The notes: generated by a model from the sequence alone, not told the origin. Positions 18,997 to 30,284 are shown, counted from the first letter of the stretch. The stretch is DNA of 64,000 nucleotides from Dehalococcoidia bacterium (GCA_965249275.1 CBDFLQ010000007.1:640001-704000), one strand, 5' to 3'. Numbers and translations: made by a program.

Positions 18997-20328
18997 TTAA
19001 GCGGTCTTCTCTATTTCCGGCGGCGCATCCAAGCGCAGGTTGGTCGGGGCCTCGTCCAAGTCCGGCATCACTTCCACGGTCTTGCCGTCGGAGGTCAGTA
19101 GCAAGGGCGATCGTTCCCCGGCTATCGCCTTCTCATCAACGTAGCATTTTTCGACATTATCAATCGAGGGCGCCTGGTACATGGCCTCCATCAAGGCCTC
19201 TTCCAGTATCGACCGTAATCCCCGAGCCCCGGTTTTCAGTTTGACCGCCATGTCCGCCGCCCGTTCCAGGGCCGCATCGGTGAATTCCAGATCCACCCCG
19301 TCCAGTTCGAAAATACGATGGTACTGCTTCACCAGTGCGTTCTTCGGCTGGGTCAGCACCGTAATTAAAGACTCCCGGTCCAGGGCCCCGACCGCCGCCA
19401 TCACTGGCAGTCTTCCTATAAGCTCAGGTATCAGCCCAAATTTCAGCAGGTCCTCGGATTCCACGAGGTTCAGTATCTCCTCCGAGCCCTTCAGCCCGCG
19501 GCCCGTAACTGAGTTGAACCCGATGCTCACTACATCTTTGTTGACCCGCTGCTCAATCAACTCTTCCAGCCCGTCGAAAGCGCCGCCACAGACAAACAGA
19601 ATGTTCGATGTGTCCAGCTGAATGTATTCCTGGTGTGGGTGCTTGCGGCCGCCTTGCGGCGGAACATTAGCCACGCACCCTTCAATGACCTTCAGCAGTG
19701 CCTGCTGAACGCCCTCCCCCGACACGTCTCTTGTTATCGAGGGATTGGCGCTCTTGCGCGAAATCTTGTCTATCTCATCGATATATATGATGCCTCGCTG
19801 CGCCCGATTCACGTCATACTCCGCGGCCTGGATGATGCGTAGAAGAATATTCTCCACGTCCTCCCCGACGTAACCGGCCTCCGTCAGCGTCGTTGCATCC
19901 GCAATGGCGAAGGGGACCTTCAGGATCTTGGCGAGGGTCTGGGCCAGAAGGGTCTTGCCGCATCCCGTGGGGCCGACCAGCAGGATGTTGGTCTTCTCCA
20001 GCTCCACGTCCCCATCCGGACCCCTGCTGTTGTTGATGCGCTTGTAGTGGTTGTATACGGCTACGCTAAGGACTTTCTTAGCCCGCGACTGCCCAACTAC
20101 ATACTCGCTGAGCTTATCGTAGAGCTCTCTTGGAGTCGGAAGCTGATCGAGACCCAGGCCATCGTCCGCCGAGACCCGGTCCTCGTCTATCAGCTGCTGG
20201 CAAAGCGCGACACAGTTGTCGCAGATGTAGGTCTGCTCCTGCCCACCTATCAGTTTCTTGACGTCCGGCGGGCTCTTGGAGCAGAAGGAGCAGGCGTATC
20301 TAGTTCTTGCGTCTCTGTCGTCGGGCAT
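18997..20328 (-). CDS. clpX: Clp protease ATP-binding subunit ClpX
   Basis: CSFC..CDNC zinc domain, [26 protein letters not shown] loop. Confidence 0.98.
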   Translation of the reverse strand: MPDDRDARTRYACSFCSKSPPDVKKLIGGQEQTYICDNCVALCQQLIDEDRVSADDGLGLDQLPTPRELYDKLSEYVVGQSRAKKVLSVAVYNHYKRINNSRGPDGDVELEKTNILLVGPTGCGKTLLAQTLAKILKVPFAIADATTLTEAGYVGEDVENILLRIIQAAEYDVNRAQRGIIYIDEIDKISRKSANPSITRDVSGEGVQQALLKVIEGCVANVPPQGGRKHPHQEYIQLDTSNILFVCGGAFDGLEELIEQRVNKDVVSIGFNSVTGRGLKGSEEILNLVESEDLLKFGLIPELIGRLPVMAAVGALDRESLITVLTQPKNALVKQYHRIFELDGVDLEFTDAALERAADMAVKLKTGARGLRSILEEALMEAMYQAPSIDNVEKCYVDEKAIAGERSPLLLTSDGKTVEVMPDLDEAPTNLRLDAPPEIEKTA

Positions 20329-20357
20329 GTGGCCTCAGTCCGGGCCCGTGGCCCCGC

Positions 20358-20975
20358 TTACTCGGACTTCTTGTCCTTACTCTCCTCTACCGCTCCCACA
20401 ACCTTGTCCACCAACCCGTAATCCCTCGCCTCTTCCGCACTCAGGTAAATGTCCCGGTCGGTGTCCCTGGCAATCTTCTCGATGTCCTGACCCGTGTTCT
20501 CGGACAGAATGCGCCTCAGCTTGTCCTGCAGTCGCAGTATCTCCCTGGCAGCGATCTCAATGTCCGAGGCTTGTCCCTGCGCTCCACCCATCGGCTGGTG
20601 CATGTGTACCGTGGCATTGGGCAGTGCAAACCGCTTGCCCGCTTTTCCTCCGCTCAGCAGTACCGTGCCCATGCTGGCCGTCATGCCGACGCAGATCGTC
20701 GATACGTCACACTGAACAAGCCGCATCGTGTCGTAGATCGCCAGGCCGGCGCTTATCACGCCGCCGGGTGAGTTGATATACAGGTTGATGTCTTTGTCCG
20801 GGTCCTCACGTTCGAGGTACAAGAGCTGCGCCACGATCAGGTTTGCCACGTGATCTGTGATGGGTGTCCCCAGGAATACAATCCGCTCCTTCAGCAGAAG
20901 TGAATATATGTCGAACGCCCTGTCACCTCGGGCGCCGCTCTCGATTATCATCGGTATCACGTTATCCGGTCGCAT
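20358..20975 (-). CDS. clpP: Clp protease proteolytic subunit
   Basis: [29 protein letters not shown] motifs. Confidence 0.98.
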   Translation of the reverse strand: MRPDNVIPMIIESGARGDRAFDIYSLLLKERIVFLGTPITDHVANLIVAQLLYLEREDPDKDINLYINSPGGVISAGLAIYDTMRLVQCDVSTICVGMTASMGTVLLSGGKAGKRFALPNATVHMHQPMGGAQGQASDIEIAAREILRLQDKLRRILSENTGQDIEKIARDTDRDIYLSAEEARDYGLVDKVVGAVEESKDKKSE

Positions 20976-22317
20976 CTTTCTCCTCGTTTTCGTTAGCGTT
21001 CTCGATAGAAGACTCCGACCCCGCTACCACGAGCGCCGGGCCCTGCTGAGCGATTTCTTTCATCCGGTCCAGGGCTTTTCTCAGCCTGATCCGATTCCCG
21101 ATGTTTGAGCGAACTTCGTCGCTGCGCAGGCGTTGTATGGCCTCCGGGTCAGTTGCGTCGGCCTGCTCTTCCGCTTGTTTGATCTCCTCGCCTATCTCTT
21201 CGTCGCTTGATTCTACTTCCTCCACCTCTGCCAGCCTGTTCAGAATTAGCGACGTCGTAACCCGGTTCTCCGCCGACTCCCTCCGGTCCTCTCTCAGCTC
21301 CTCCGGAGTCTTACCGATGGCTTTCAGATAGCTTTCGAACTGCAGGCCGCTTTGCGCCAGCGCTCGGGCCTCGTCCATTATTATGTGGTCTATTTCTCTT
21401 TCCGTGAGAATCGGAGGAGCCTCGATTGTGGCATTGCCTTTCAGTGCCTCCATGAGGTCTTCCTCGAACTTGCGGTCCGACAAAGCCTGCGCGTGTTCCT
21501 CCATCGCCTCCGTCATCTTCGCCCTGAAGTCCTCCAGGGTCTCGTACTCCTCATCCAGGCTCTTCACGAAATCGTCGTCAAGTGGAGCTGGCAGTTTGGC
21601 CTTCACTTCTTGCACCGTAACGGCGAAACTGCATTCCTTACCCGCTATTTCAGCCTCCCTGAAGCTGTCCGGCAACGTCAGGTTAAACTCCTTCGATTCA
21701 CCTTTGACCATACCCTCCAGCATCGGGGAGAAACCCGGCACCGGAAAGGCTATTTCTGGGCCAGGGCTATAAGAAGCGCCTGTTTCGCTTATGACGGATT
21801 TGCCATCGACTTTTCCGTCCACGTCGATAGTCAAAAGGTCTCCGTATTCCACCGGCCTGTCCACCTGCTCCCAGGGCGCATTCCTCGTCCTCACCGACTC
21901 CATGGCCTCTTCCACCTGTTCCGGCTTCACCTCCACGGGGTCCTGACTGACCCTGATCGACTTGTAGTCGCCCAATTCCACCGTGGGGGGCAGGGGGACC
22001 GTGGCCTTGATGACCATCGTGTCCCCGGTGTCCACATCCACCTCAGGGGTGTCGATTGCATCCAGCCCCTCGTCTTCAATGGCCTTCTGCACAAGCTCTG
22101 GGGCCAGGTCGTGCATCGCCTCGTGAACTACGGCGTCCTTACCGACAAAGCTCTGCAGGACTGCCCGAGGCGCTTTGCCCGGCCTGAACCCCGGCACCCG
22201 AACGCGCTGAGCCAGGTTCTTGTATGTCTTCTTTAGCGAGTTTTCGAGCTCCTCACCTTCGACTTCAATGGTGAGGAGCATGCGGCTTTTGGGTAGTTTT
22301 TCAGTGGTGACTTTCAA
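20962..22317 (-). CDS. tig: Trigger factor
   Basis: [10 protein letters not shown] signature; tig-clpP-clpX gene order. Confidence 0.96.
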   Translation of the reverse strand: MKVTTEKLPKSRMLLTIEVEGEELENSLKKTYKNLAQRVRVPGFRPGKAPRAVLQSFVGKDAVVHEAMHDLAPELVQKAIEDEGLDAIDTPEVDVDTGDTMVIKATVPLPPTVELGDYKSIRVSQDPVEVKPEQVEEAMESVRTRNAPWEQVDRPVEYGDLLTIDVDGKVDGKSVISETGASYSPGPEIAFPVPGFSPMLEGMVKGESKEFNLTLPDSFREAEIAGKECSFAVTVQEVKAKLPAPLDDDFVKSLDEEYETLEDFRAKMTEAMEEHAQALSDRKFEEDLMEALKGNATIEAPPILTEREIDHIIMDEARALAQSGLQFESYLKAIGKTPEELREDRRESAENRVTTSLILNRLAEVEEVESSDEEIGEEIKQAEEQADATDPEAIQRLRSDEVRSNIGNRIRLRKALDRMKEIAQQGPALVVAGSESSIENANENEEKDATG

Positions 22318-22403
22318 GGGAGGAGAACTCTCTTAGCGATGAGGAAAATTGGATTCGACTTCGTGAAAAGTATAGCACACCACGCCCTTACACTAGCGCT
22401 TAT

Positions 22404-24197
22404 TCAATCTTCGGTCACGCGCAGATGCAGGTCCTTGAGTTGCTGTAGGCTCACGGGGGCCGGCGCGGCCGTCATCACGTCTATCGCGCTCTGGTTTTTC
22501 GGGAAGGCTATGACTTCGCGGATACTCTCTTCTCCAGCGAGTATAGCCACCAGCCGGTCGATCCCCGGGGCTATGCCTCCGTGGGGCGGGGCCCCGTACT
22601 CAAACGCTTCCAAAAGGTGCCCGAACCGAGCCTGGGCCTCGTCTCCGTTATAGTTCAGCAGTTTGAATACCTTCTGCTGGAGCCCTCGATCATGGATCCT
22701 GATACTGCCGCTGGCCACCTCTTGTCCGTTGCAGACCATGTCGTAGCACCGGGCCCGCACCGACCCCGGGTCGGTGTCCATCAACCCCAAGTCTTCCTCC
22801 CTCGGTGAAGTGAACGGGTGGTGTGTAGCGTCCCACCTGGCCTGGTCGTCGTTCCATTCAACCAGTGGAAAGTCCACCACGAACATGAAGGCCAACTCCT
22901 CCGGGTCCGCTAGTCCCAGCCTCTGACCCATCTCATTCCTGAGCGCCGACAGGGCCGCATTCGTCGACTTCTCGTCCCCCGCAATGATCATTACAAGATC
23001 ACCCATCTCTGCCTTGAGACCGTGAATTATCCCGTTGAGTTCTTCGTCAGAAAGATGTCGGGTGACTCCCGACTTCACGCTCCCCGCCTCCCACCTCCCC
23101 TCCGAATCCGGCGCCCCTTCCAGTGCAATGGTCACCAGCCCCTTGGCCCCCCGCTCCTTCGCGAACTCTATAAGCGCATCAAGCTGTCTGCGGCTGTAAC
23201 CCGAGCAGCCAGGGGCCCGGAACCCCTTTATAGTGCCCCCACTCGCAACCACTGACTGAAAAACCTTGAACCCCGAGTCCTTCACCACGCCCGTCAGCAC
23301 TTCGAGCTCCAGCCCGAAGCGCAGGTCAGGCTTGTCCGTCCCGTATCGCCTCATCGACTCGGCATGGGTCAGACGTGGGAAAGGTTTCGTAAGACCCTTT
23401 TCCGGCGTTACCGTCTCCGCAAGCCCCGTAAACAGGGCCTCGGTGAGGCCCAGCACGTCGTCCTCATCCACAAAGCTCATCTCCAGGTCAAGTTGAGTGA
23501 ACTCCGGCTGTCGGTCGGCCCTCAGGTCTTCGTCTCGGAAGCACCTGGCAATCTGAAAATACTTCTCGAACCCCGAGACCATAAGCAGCTGCTTCAACTG
23601 CTGGGGAGACTGGGGCAGAGCGTAGAAAGTGCCAGGGTGTACCCGGCTGGGCACCAGGTAGTCCCGTGCCCCTTCCGGCGTGCTCTTTATCAACACCGGC
23701 GTCTCGATTTCGAGGAAACCCTCTTCATCCAGGTAGTCCCGAATGTACTTGACGACTCGGTGCCTCAGCGCGATGTTGCGCTGGAGTCTCTGTCTCCTCA
23801 AGTCCAGATATCGATGCTTGAGCCTGAGGTTTTCTTCTACTTCCGTGTCCTCATTGACGTAGAAGGGAGGCGTCAGAGACGAGTTGAGCACTTGCACCAC
23901 CCGAGCATTCACCTCTATCTCCCCCGTCGGAAGGTCCGGGTTCTCAGTGCCGACGGGCCGGGTCCCGACCTGTCCCTTCACCTGTACCACCCACTCATTG
24001 CGAAACTGTGTCCCAGTCTCGTGTGCCTCGGGAGACTCCCTGGGATTGAGCACCACTTGCACGATTCCCGACCTGTCTCTCAGGTCGATGAATATAAGCC
24101 CCCCGTGGTCTCGCCGTCGATGCACCCACCCCGCCAGCGTTACGCCCTTACCTGTGTCTGCAGCCCTGAGCTCTCCACAACCGACACTCTTTAACAA
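22404..24197 (-). CDS. aspS: Aspartate--tRNA ligase
   Basis: RRDHGGLIFIDLRD, STPEGARDY, FRDEDLRADRQPEF, PHGGIAPG. His in RRDH suggests the non-discriminating type. Confidence 0.98.
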   Translation of the reverse strand: MLKSVGCGELRAADTGKGVTLAGWVHRRRDHGGLIFIDLRDRSGIVQVVLNPRESPEAHETGTQFRNEWVVQVKGQVGTRPVGTENPDLPTGEIEVNARVVQVLNSSLTPPFYVNEDTEVEENLRLKHRYLDLRRQRLQRNIALRHRVVKYIRDYLDEEGFLEIETPVLIKSTPEGARDYLVPSRVHPGTFYALPQSPQQLKQLLMVSGFEKYFQIARCFRDEDLRADRQPEFTQLDLEMSFVDEDDVLGLTEALFTGLAETVTPEKGLTKPFPRLTHAESMRRYGTDKPDLRFGLELEVLTGVVKDSGFKVFQSVVASGGTIKGFRAPGCSGYSRRQLDALIEFAKERGAKGLVTIALEGAPDSEGRWEAGSVKSGVTRHLSDEELNGIIHGLKAEMGDLVMIIAGDEKSTNAALSALRNEMGQRLGLADPEELAFMFVVDFPLVEWNDDQARWDATHHPFTSPREEDLGLMDTDPGSVRARCYDMVCNGQEVASGSIRIHDRGLQQKVFKLLNYNGDEAQARFGHLLEAFEYGAPPHGGIAPGIDRLVAILAGEESIREVIAFPKNQSAIDVMTAAPAPVSLQQLKDLHLRVTED

Positions 24198-24323
24198 AGT
24201 CTTTCACCTACCTTGAACATTAGCTGGAGGATTATAGGTTAACCCCCAAAGTGATATCAAACGGCCACTTTCTCCAGGAAACAAACGGGTCGCACTATCA
24301 TCTGCACACACCCTATTTGCAGT

Positions 24324-24351
24324 GTCATCCCGAGGCTCCGCGAGGGATCTA
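24324..24351 (+). repeat. Palindromic repeat family B
   Basis: GTCATCCCGAGGCTCCGCGAGGGATCTA; matches copies at 33879, 36273 and 42153, with a compensatory T-A to C-G stem change. Confidence 0.85.
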
Positions 24352-24481
24352 AAGCGCTTATGTTCCCATCACGCCAAAGTAGCCTTGACACATTCCATCC
24401 TGTCATTACCGTGTAGCACATAGGAATCCACATGTACGAGGGCGTGTCCCCACCCCACGCTCCCCAATTACACACAAAACA

Positions 24482-24512
24482 GGGGTGAAAGCACCCGAGG
24501 CGCTTTCACCCC
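24482..24512 (-). terminator. Intrinsic terminator after the sigma factor gene
   Basis: GGGGTGAAAGC...GCTTTCACCCC stem followed by TGTTTT on the minus strand. Confidence 0.75.
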
Positions 24513-24547
24513 CAACCAAGTCAGGAGCGCTACAGCTGACTAACCCT

Positions 24548-25585
24548 CTACAGGTAACCCTCCAGAAGCTCCCTCGACGATTTCTTGTTCAGCTTGGCTA
24601 CTGCGCCGCTTTGGATCTGCCGCACCCGCTCTCGGGTAACGCCTAACACCTCCCCGATGTCCTTCAGGGTGTGCTCTCTTCCGTCCTTCAATCCGAACCT
24701 CATCTCCAGCACTTCACGCTCCCGAGGGTTGAGCTCGTCTAGCATCAAGTCCAGGTGTCCTCTGAGCAGTGACAGGGAAAGGGTTTCATCGGGCGAGGGA
24801 GCGTCATGGTCTGTCAACGTGCTGCCCAGAAGCAGCCCCGCGCTCCCCTGAGGCTGGTCCAGCGACGCCGGCTGCTGCCACGCCCTCATGATTCGCTTGA
24901 TCTTGTTGGGGTCTATCCCCGTTGCCTCGGCTACCTCTTCTCCCTGGGGCCGTCTGCCCAACTCCTGGGTTAGGGCTTGAGTAGCCTTCTCCACCTTTGA
25001 TGCAGTCTCGCTCAAGTGCACCGGCAGCCGGATCGTGTGGCCCTTGTCCGTCAGGGCTCTCATAACACCTTGCCGGATCCACCAGGTCGCATAGGTGCTG
25101 AACCGGAACCCTCGCCGGTAGTCGTATTTGTCGACGGCCCTGATCAGTCCCAGGTTTCCTTCCTGAATCAGGTCCAGTAGAGGCAAACCTTTGCCCTGGT
25201 ACTTCTTGGCGATGCTAACAACCAGTCTGAGGTTCGACTCGGTCATCCGACGCCGCGACGACGCCCCAACCTGTACCGCCTGCTCCAAAGACAGGCGACC
25301 GTCCACGTCTGAGCCTCCACCCTCCAGTTTCGCCTTAGCTTCCGCTCCGAATTCGATAGCCCTTGCCAGCGATTTCTCCTCCTCGAAGGTCAACAAGGCC
25401 GAGGCGCCTATCTCTCTCAGATAAGCTTTCAGCGGTTCGTCTACCAGTTCCTGCTGGACATACCTGTCGTCCTCCTCCTCGACAACCGCTGACTTTATGG
25501 CAACGACTGTTTCTTCCTCTTCGTCCAGGCTTTCCAATACCGAATCTATGTTGTATGTTTGAGTCTCCATCTCCTGCCCCACCAA
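24548..25585 (-). CDS. RpoD-like sigma-70 factor lacking region 1.1
   Basis: YLREIG, NLRLVVSIAKKY, DLIQEGNLGL, FSTYATWWIRQ, TRERVRQI. Confidence 0.93.
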   Translation of the reverse strand: MVGQEMETQTYNIDSVLESLDEEEETVVAIKSAVVEEEDDRYVQQELVDEPLKAYLREIGASALLTFEEEKSLARAIEFGAEAKAKLEGGGSDVDGRLSLEQAVQVGASSRRRMTESNLRLVVSIAKKYQGKGLPLLDLIQEGNLGLIRAVDKYDYRRGFRFSTYATWWIRQGVMRALTDKGHTIRLPVHLSETASKVEKATQALTQELGRRPQGEEVAEATGIDPNKIKRIMRAWQQPASLDQPQGSAGLLLGSTLTDHDAPSPDETLSLSLLRGHLDLMLDELNPREREVLEMRFGLKDGREHTLKDIGEVLGVTRERVRQIQSGAVAKLNKKSSRELLEGYL

Positions 25586-25774
25586 TCTTCTTTCCTTTTC
25601 CTTTCTATAACTGTCTAATATCTATAACGATTTAACGTGTCTTTCGTTGCTTAGAATACGAGAATCAAGGCTATTTGTCAATTAAATCATATAAAAATAG
25701 TAAAATCTAATGTTGCTGTTCCCGCGTAGGCCCGCAAACTTGATGCATTAGAATTCGGCCCCGTCTCCCTTACG

Positions 25775-26713
25775 CTACGCTCCGGTCGGCACCTTGCTAA
25801 AGGTGGACATTTGACGGACCTGCCTACGCTCTCTCGCCGCTACGGTTGCGGCTTTCAATGTGTTGACCAGGAGCATTGCCACAGTCATGGGTCCCACTCC
25901 ACCGGGGGCCGGGCTGATGACGCTGGCAAGATCCCTTACTCCTTCGAAGTCGACGTCCCCCACCAGGCGGTAACCCTTCTCACTCAAAGGGTCCTCCATG
26001 CGGTGGATACCGACGTCTATGACCACTGCTCCCGGCTTCACCATGTCGGCCCTGATTCCCTTGGGCTTGTCTATGGCGGCCACAAGGATATCGGCCTGCC
26101 TCGTAAGTTCGGACAGGTGTCTCGTCCCCGTGTGGGCCACGGTGACCGTCGCATTGGCTCCCGAGTGCTTCTGCATCAGTAGAGCCGCCAACGGTCTCCC
26201 GACTATCATGCTCCTCCCGCAGATCACTACGTGCTTCCCATCAGTTGTTATCCCCGACTCCAGCAACATACGTTGTATACCGGCCGGGGTGCACGGCACG
26301 AAACGAGGCGCACCTATTAGCAGAAGTCCCACGTTGCCAGGGTGAAGACCGTCCACGTCTTTTGTAGGAGCAACGGCACTTGCCACAATCAAAGAGTCGA
26401 CGTGGTCCGGCAGCGGCAGCTGCACCAGGATACCGTGCACCGAGTCGTCTTCGTTCAGCCCTTTTACCAAATCTATAACATCATCCTGCGTGGCATCCGC
26501 CCCGAGACGCAGGGTCTGAGTGTCGATACCCACGGCCCGGGCCGCACGCTCTTTTGTCCTTACGTATACGTCCGAGGCCGGATCGTTCCCGACCATAACC
26601 ACTGCCAGGTTGGGGACTATACCCGTCTCCTGTCGCAGATGCCCGACTTCCAGCCAGACCTCATCCCTGACAATTGCAGCAATCCTTCTTCCGTCTATAA
26701 TCTCAACAGTCAT
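25775..26713 (-). CDS. folD: Methylene-THF dehydrogenase/cyclohydrolase
   Basis: GILVQLPLP, KDVDGLHP, PCTPAG, PGGVGPMT; start at MTVEIIDG. Confidence 0.97.
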   Translation of the reverse strand: MTVEIIDGRRIAAIVRDEVWLEVGHLRQETGIVPNLAVVMVGNDPASDVYVRTKERAARAVGIDTQTLRLGADATQDDVIDLVKGLNEDDSVHGILVQLPLPDHVDSLIVASAVAPTKDVDGLHPGNVGLLLIGAPRFVPCTPAGIQRMLLESGITTDGKHVVICGRSMIVGRPLAALLMQKHSGANATVTVAHTGTRHLSELTRQADILVAAIDKPKGIRADMVKPGAVVIDVGIHRMEDPLSEKGYRLVGDVDFEGVRDLASVISPAPGGVGPMTVAMLLVNTLKAATVAARERRQVRQMSTFSKVPTGA

Positions 26714-26726
26714 CTCGGCAGCGCCT

Positions 26727-26768
26727 TTGTGAAATGTGGAACATAATGCAATGTACCAAATTTCACAA
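26727..26768. promoter_or_regulatory. Inverted pair of 18-bp operator-like sites between divergent folD and metF
   Basis: TTGTGAAATGTGGAACAT-N6-ATGTACCAAATTTCACAA (16/18 inverted match); outer halves equal the Rex half-site TTGTGAA. Confidence 0.6.
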
Positions 26769-26867
26769 TGCATATCAACTACCCTGCATGACGAATTTCC
26801 CCAAGGGGTTTACTATATGCGCCACGGGAGCCGGTGCAGGCCCTGAATAATCATCGAGGACAGGCAA

Positions 26868-27773
26868 TTGACTAGTTTCCGGGATAAGCTCAATTCGAAA
26901 TCCTTTCTGGTCACCGCCGAGATGACGCCCCCCAAAGGCGTCAACATAGAGCAAAACCTGTCTCTTCTGGAATCCCTGGCGCCCGTAGACGCGGTCAACG
27001 TCACTGACCAAAACGCCTCCGTAATGAGGCTCGGCCCCTTGCCCCTCGGCAAGGTCATCCTCGACCGGGGAATCGAGCCCATCTGCCAATTCACATGCCG
27101 GGACCGCAACAGGATCGCACTCCAGTCCGACCTCCTCGGCGCTCACGTCCTCGGCATACACAACATCCTGTGCCTGACCGGCGACCCCACAGGCACCGGT
27201 GATCACCCCGATGCCAAGCCCGTCTTCGACCTCTCAGTCATCGATCTCCTCCGTGCAGCAACCCAAATGGAGTCGGGTGTCGACATGGCAGGTAACGCGC
27301 TTAACGGCGCTCCCACCTTCTGCCTCGGCGCGGCCGCCAACCCCGGCGCACCGGACGTAGACGTAGAGGTTGGCCGCATGGAACAAAAAGTCCAGGCCGG
27401 TGTCCGATTCTTTCAGACCCAGGCCGTCTACGACCCCGAGCAGTTTGCCCGCTTCATGGACAAGGCCCGCTATCTCAATGTGCCTATCCTTGCCGGAATC
27501 CTCGTCCTGCACTCGGGCCGAGCAGCCCGTTACCTCAACGCCAACGTCCCTGGAATCGAAGTGCCCCAGACTCTGATAGACGAAATGGACACCGCCGAGA
27601 ACAAGCGTGAGAAAGGAATCGAAATCGCCGCCCGGACTATTTCCGAAGTCTCCTCCCTTACCCGTGGCGTTCACCTGATGCCCATGGGTTGGGAGCGAGA
27701 TATCCCCCGTCTCATGCAACTCTCCGGCCTCACCCCACCCGAAGCCGCTCCCGGTGACGCAGGCCCCTCATAG
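26868..27773 (+). CDS. metF: Methylenetetrahydrofolate reductase
   Basis: EMTPPKG, TCRDRNRIALQSDLLGA, LTGD, FFQTQAVYD, GVHLM. Confidence 0.93.
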   Translation: MTSFRDKLNSKSFLVTAEMTPPKGVNIEQNLSLLESLAPVDAVNVTDQNASVMRLGPLPLGKVILDRGIEPICQFTCRDRNRIALQSDLLGAHVLGIHNILCLTGDPTGTGDHPDAKPVFDLSVIDLLRAATQMESGVDMAGNALNGAPTFCLGAAANPGAPDVDVEVGRMEQKVQAGVRFFQTQAVYDPEQFARFMDKARYLNVPILAGILVLHSGRAARYLNANVPGIEVPQTLIDEMDTAENKREKGIEIAARTISEVSSLTRGVHLMPMGWERDIPRLMQLSGLTPPEAAPGDAGPS

Positions 27774-29059
27774 TGCCACCTCTCTCCCGAGTCCCCATAG
27801 CTCCCTTCCTAATGCTCCGCAACATGGAGGGCTGGAAACGACAGGTGGCCCTGGTCTGTTTAGCCCAGGGTGTCGCCTCCATAGGCTGGTCCTTCATGCA
27901 GCCCTTCTATCCCCTCTTCATCGAGCAGGAGCTTGGCGTCGAGTCCGGGGCAGACGCAGCTTTCTGGGCAGGCGCCTCTTCCGGCGTTTTCGCTCTTTTC
28001 ATGGGCATCGCCGGTCCCTTCTGGGGCCACTTGGCCGACACCTACGGCCGAAAGCCCATGCTGGTGCGCGCCTACACTGCCGGTACCCTTGTACTCATGT
28101 TCTCCGGCCTCATCACCAACATCCCCCAGCTCATCGGTGTGCGAATCTTGCACGGAGGCGTCTCCGGCAGCGTTGGTGCGGCAATGGCCCTGGCCGGCTC
28201 CTACGTCCCCAGCAACCGCCTTCCCCTGGTAGTTGGCCTTCTCCAGTTCACCAGCTACTTCTCGATCACAATTTCACCGTTTATCGGCAGCCAGCTGGTT
28301 GATGCCTTCGGATTTAGGACCACCTACTTCATATCCTCCGGGTTCACCGCCGCCGCCGGTCTCATGATTCTGTTCTTCATCAAGGAGTCCTTCCAGAGGT
28401 CCCCCGACAAAAAAGGGTCCCCCCTCGCCATTTTCTCCGAGACCCGTCAGGTCCTCGCCACAAAAGGCCTGCTTCCCGCTCTCCTTTTCGTCCCCATCAT
28501 CCAGGGCGCCCCGACCGTCCTTCAACCAGTGGCCCCGGGCTTCATCCAGTCGATCACAGACGCCAACCGGGCCATCCTGGACACGGGTCTTGCATTCGGC
28601 GTTCTCGGGTTCGCCTCTGGAGTCAGTGCCATATTCGTTGGAAGGATGGCCGGCAAGTTAAACCTCCGCACTGTTCTAATCATCTCCTGCCTCGGCGCTT
28701 CCCTTGCCCTCCTGCCCCAGTTCTTCAACCACCGGTTTGATGTCTTCGTTCTGCTCTTCGCGCTGTCCGGCCTGTTCAATGGCGCTATGATGACTTCACT
28801 CAGTTCAATCGTCGGTTTGATGCTCCCGAGAAAACACCTTGGCGCGGCCTTTGGCATCCTGAACTCCGCATCCGCAATGGCCTGGGGCCTGGGCCCCTTG
28901 ACCGGAGGCGCGCTCGCCTGGAGCATTGGCCATCGGCGCGTCTTTCTCGTTGAGTCAGTAGTTCTGGCCGTGGCAGCCACGTCCCTGGCCGGTATCTTCA
29001 AGGGAATCCGAGCCCCCGCCCCCAACCCACTGCCAACCACAGAGCCCGCCGAGGCCTGA
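27773..29059 (+). CDS. MFS transporter (DHA1/MdtG-like)
   Basis: WGHLADTYGRKPML motif; about 12 hydrophobic segments. Confidence 0.9.
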   Translation: MPPLSRVPIAPFLMLRNMEGWKRQVALVCLAQGVASIGWSFMQPFYPLFIEQELGVESGADAAFWAGASSGVFALFMGIAGPFWGHLADTYGRKPMLVRAYTAGTLVLMFSGLITNIPQLIGVRILHGGVSGSVGAAMALAGSYVPSNRLPLVVGLLQFTSYFSITISPFIGSQLVDAFGFRTTYFISSGFTAAAGLMILFFIKESFQRSPDKKGSPLAIFSETRQVLATKGLLPALLFVPIIQGAPTVLQPVAPGFIQSITDANRAILDTGLAFGVLGFASGVSAIFVGRMAGKLNLRTVLIISCLGASLALLPQFFNHRFDVFVLLFALSGLFNGAMMTSLSSIVGLMLPRKHLGAAFGILNSASAMAWGLGPLTGGALAWSIGHRRVFLVESVVLAVAATSLAGIFKGIRAPAPNPLPTTEPAEA

Positions 29060-29063
29060 CGCG

Positions 29064-30284
29064 TTAGCTCTTCTCTATCCCCGCTGCCCGGTCCAGCAGT
29101 ATGTGGGCCACTTCGGCCTTCGGCAGCAGTGGCAGCTCATCCAACACGCCGTCACTGCCAATTATCACCACCCGGTTCGTGTCCGACCCAAACCCACTTC
29201 CCTCGTCAGTGATGTTGTTGGCAACCATCAGGTCGACGCCCTTTCTGTGCATCTTTTTTCGGGCGTTGGTCACTAGGTCCTGACTCTCCGCCGCAAACCC
29301 CACCTTCACCAGCCTCTGCCCGGAGGCCTCAGCCAGTATGTCCGCCGTCTCCCGCAGCTCCAGCGTCATCCCCCCACCCGACTTCTTTATCTTGTGTTCC
29401 GCCTCCGTTGCTGGCCGGAAGTCGGCTACCGCCGCCGCCATTACCAGGATGTCGGCCCCCGGGGCCCGGCCTACCACTTCCTTACGCATCTCCTCCGCCG
29501 TGTCCGCTCGAACGAACTCGACGCCGTAGGGCGCCCTCAGAGATGTCTGCGTCGAGACCAATGTCACGTTCGCTCCCCGGTCCCGCGCCGCCTCAGCTAT
29601 CGCGTACCCCATCTTCCCCGATGACCGGTTCCCGATATGACGCACCGGGTCAATCGGTTCCTGGGTCCCTCCCGCCGTCACCACCACCAACTTGCCCGCC
29701 AAGTCTCCCTCTCTGCCCAAAACCTGTTTCAGGCCACCGATGATGTCCTCCACAACGGCCAACCGCCCCCGACCCACCAGCCCCGATGCCAATCTCCCCT
29801 CCCCCGGCCCAATCACCATCCACCCTCGCCCAACCAACTTTGAAACGTTCTCCTGCGTGGCCGGATTTTCGAACATGTACCCGTCCATCGCCGGGGCCAG
29901 AACCACAGGCCTCCGGGTTGCGAGAAGCATACAGGTAAGCAGGTCGTCGGCCAGCCCGTTCGCTGCCTTGGCCATGACGTTAGCCGTAGCCGGCGCTACC
30001 ACTATAGCGTCGCAGTTTTCCGCCAATGCTACGTGCTCTATCCCCGCGTCCGAGGCCGGGTCAAAAAGTTGGTGCAGCACGGGCCTGTGCGTCAGGCTCC
30101 GAAACGTGAGCGGCGTAACGAAGTTCATCGCCCCCTCGCTCATCACCACGTCCACCAATGCGCCCTGCTGGACCAGTTTGCTGGTCAGGTCCGCCGCCTT
30201 GTAAGCCGCGATGCTTCCCGTAACCCCCAGAACTATCCGCTTCCCCTTCAGCCCCCTGCCCCCGACTTTGCTCTCTTCGCTCAT
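29064..30284 (-). CDS. coaBC: Phosphopantothenoylcysteine decarboxylase/ligase
   Basis: GVTGSIAAYK, APATAN, TQEPIDPVRHIGNRSSGKMG, VGFAAES. Confidence 0.97.
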   Translation of the reverse strand: MSEESKVGGRGLKGKRIVLGVTGSIAAYKAADLTSKLVQQGALVDVVMSEGAMNFVTPLTFRSLTHRPVLHQLFDPASDAGIEHVALAENCDAIVVAPATANVMAKAANGLADDLLTCMLLATRRPVVLAPAMDGYMFENPATQENVSKLVGRGWMVIGPGEGRLASGLVGRGRLAVVEDIIGGLKQVLGREGDLAGKLVVVTAGGTQEPIDPVRHIGNRSSGKMGYAIAEAARDRGANVTLVSTQTSLRAPYGVEFVRADTAEEMRKEVVGRAPGADILVMAAAVADFRPATEAEHKIKKSGGGMTLELRETADILAEASGQRLVKVGFAAESQDLVTNARKKMHRKGVDLMVANNITDEGSGFGSDTNRVVIIGSDGVLDELPLLPKAEVAHILLDRAAGIEKS

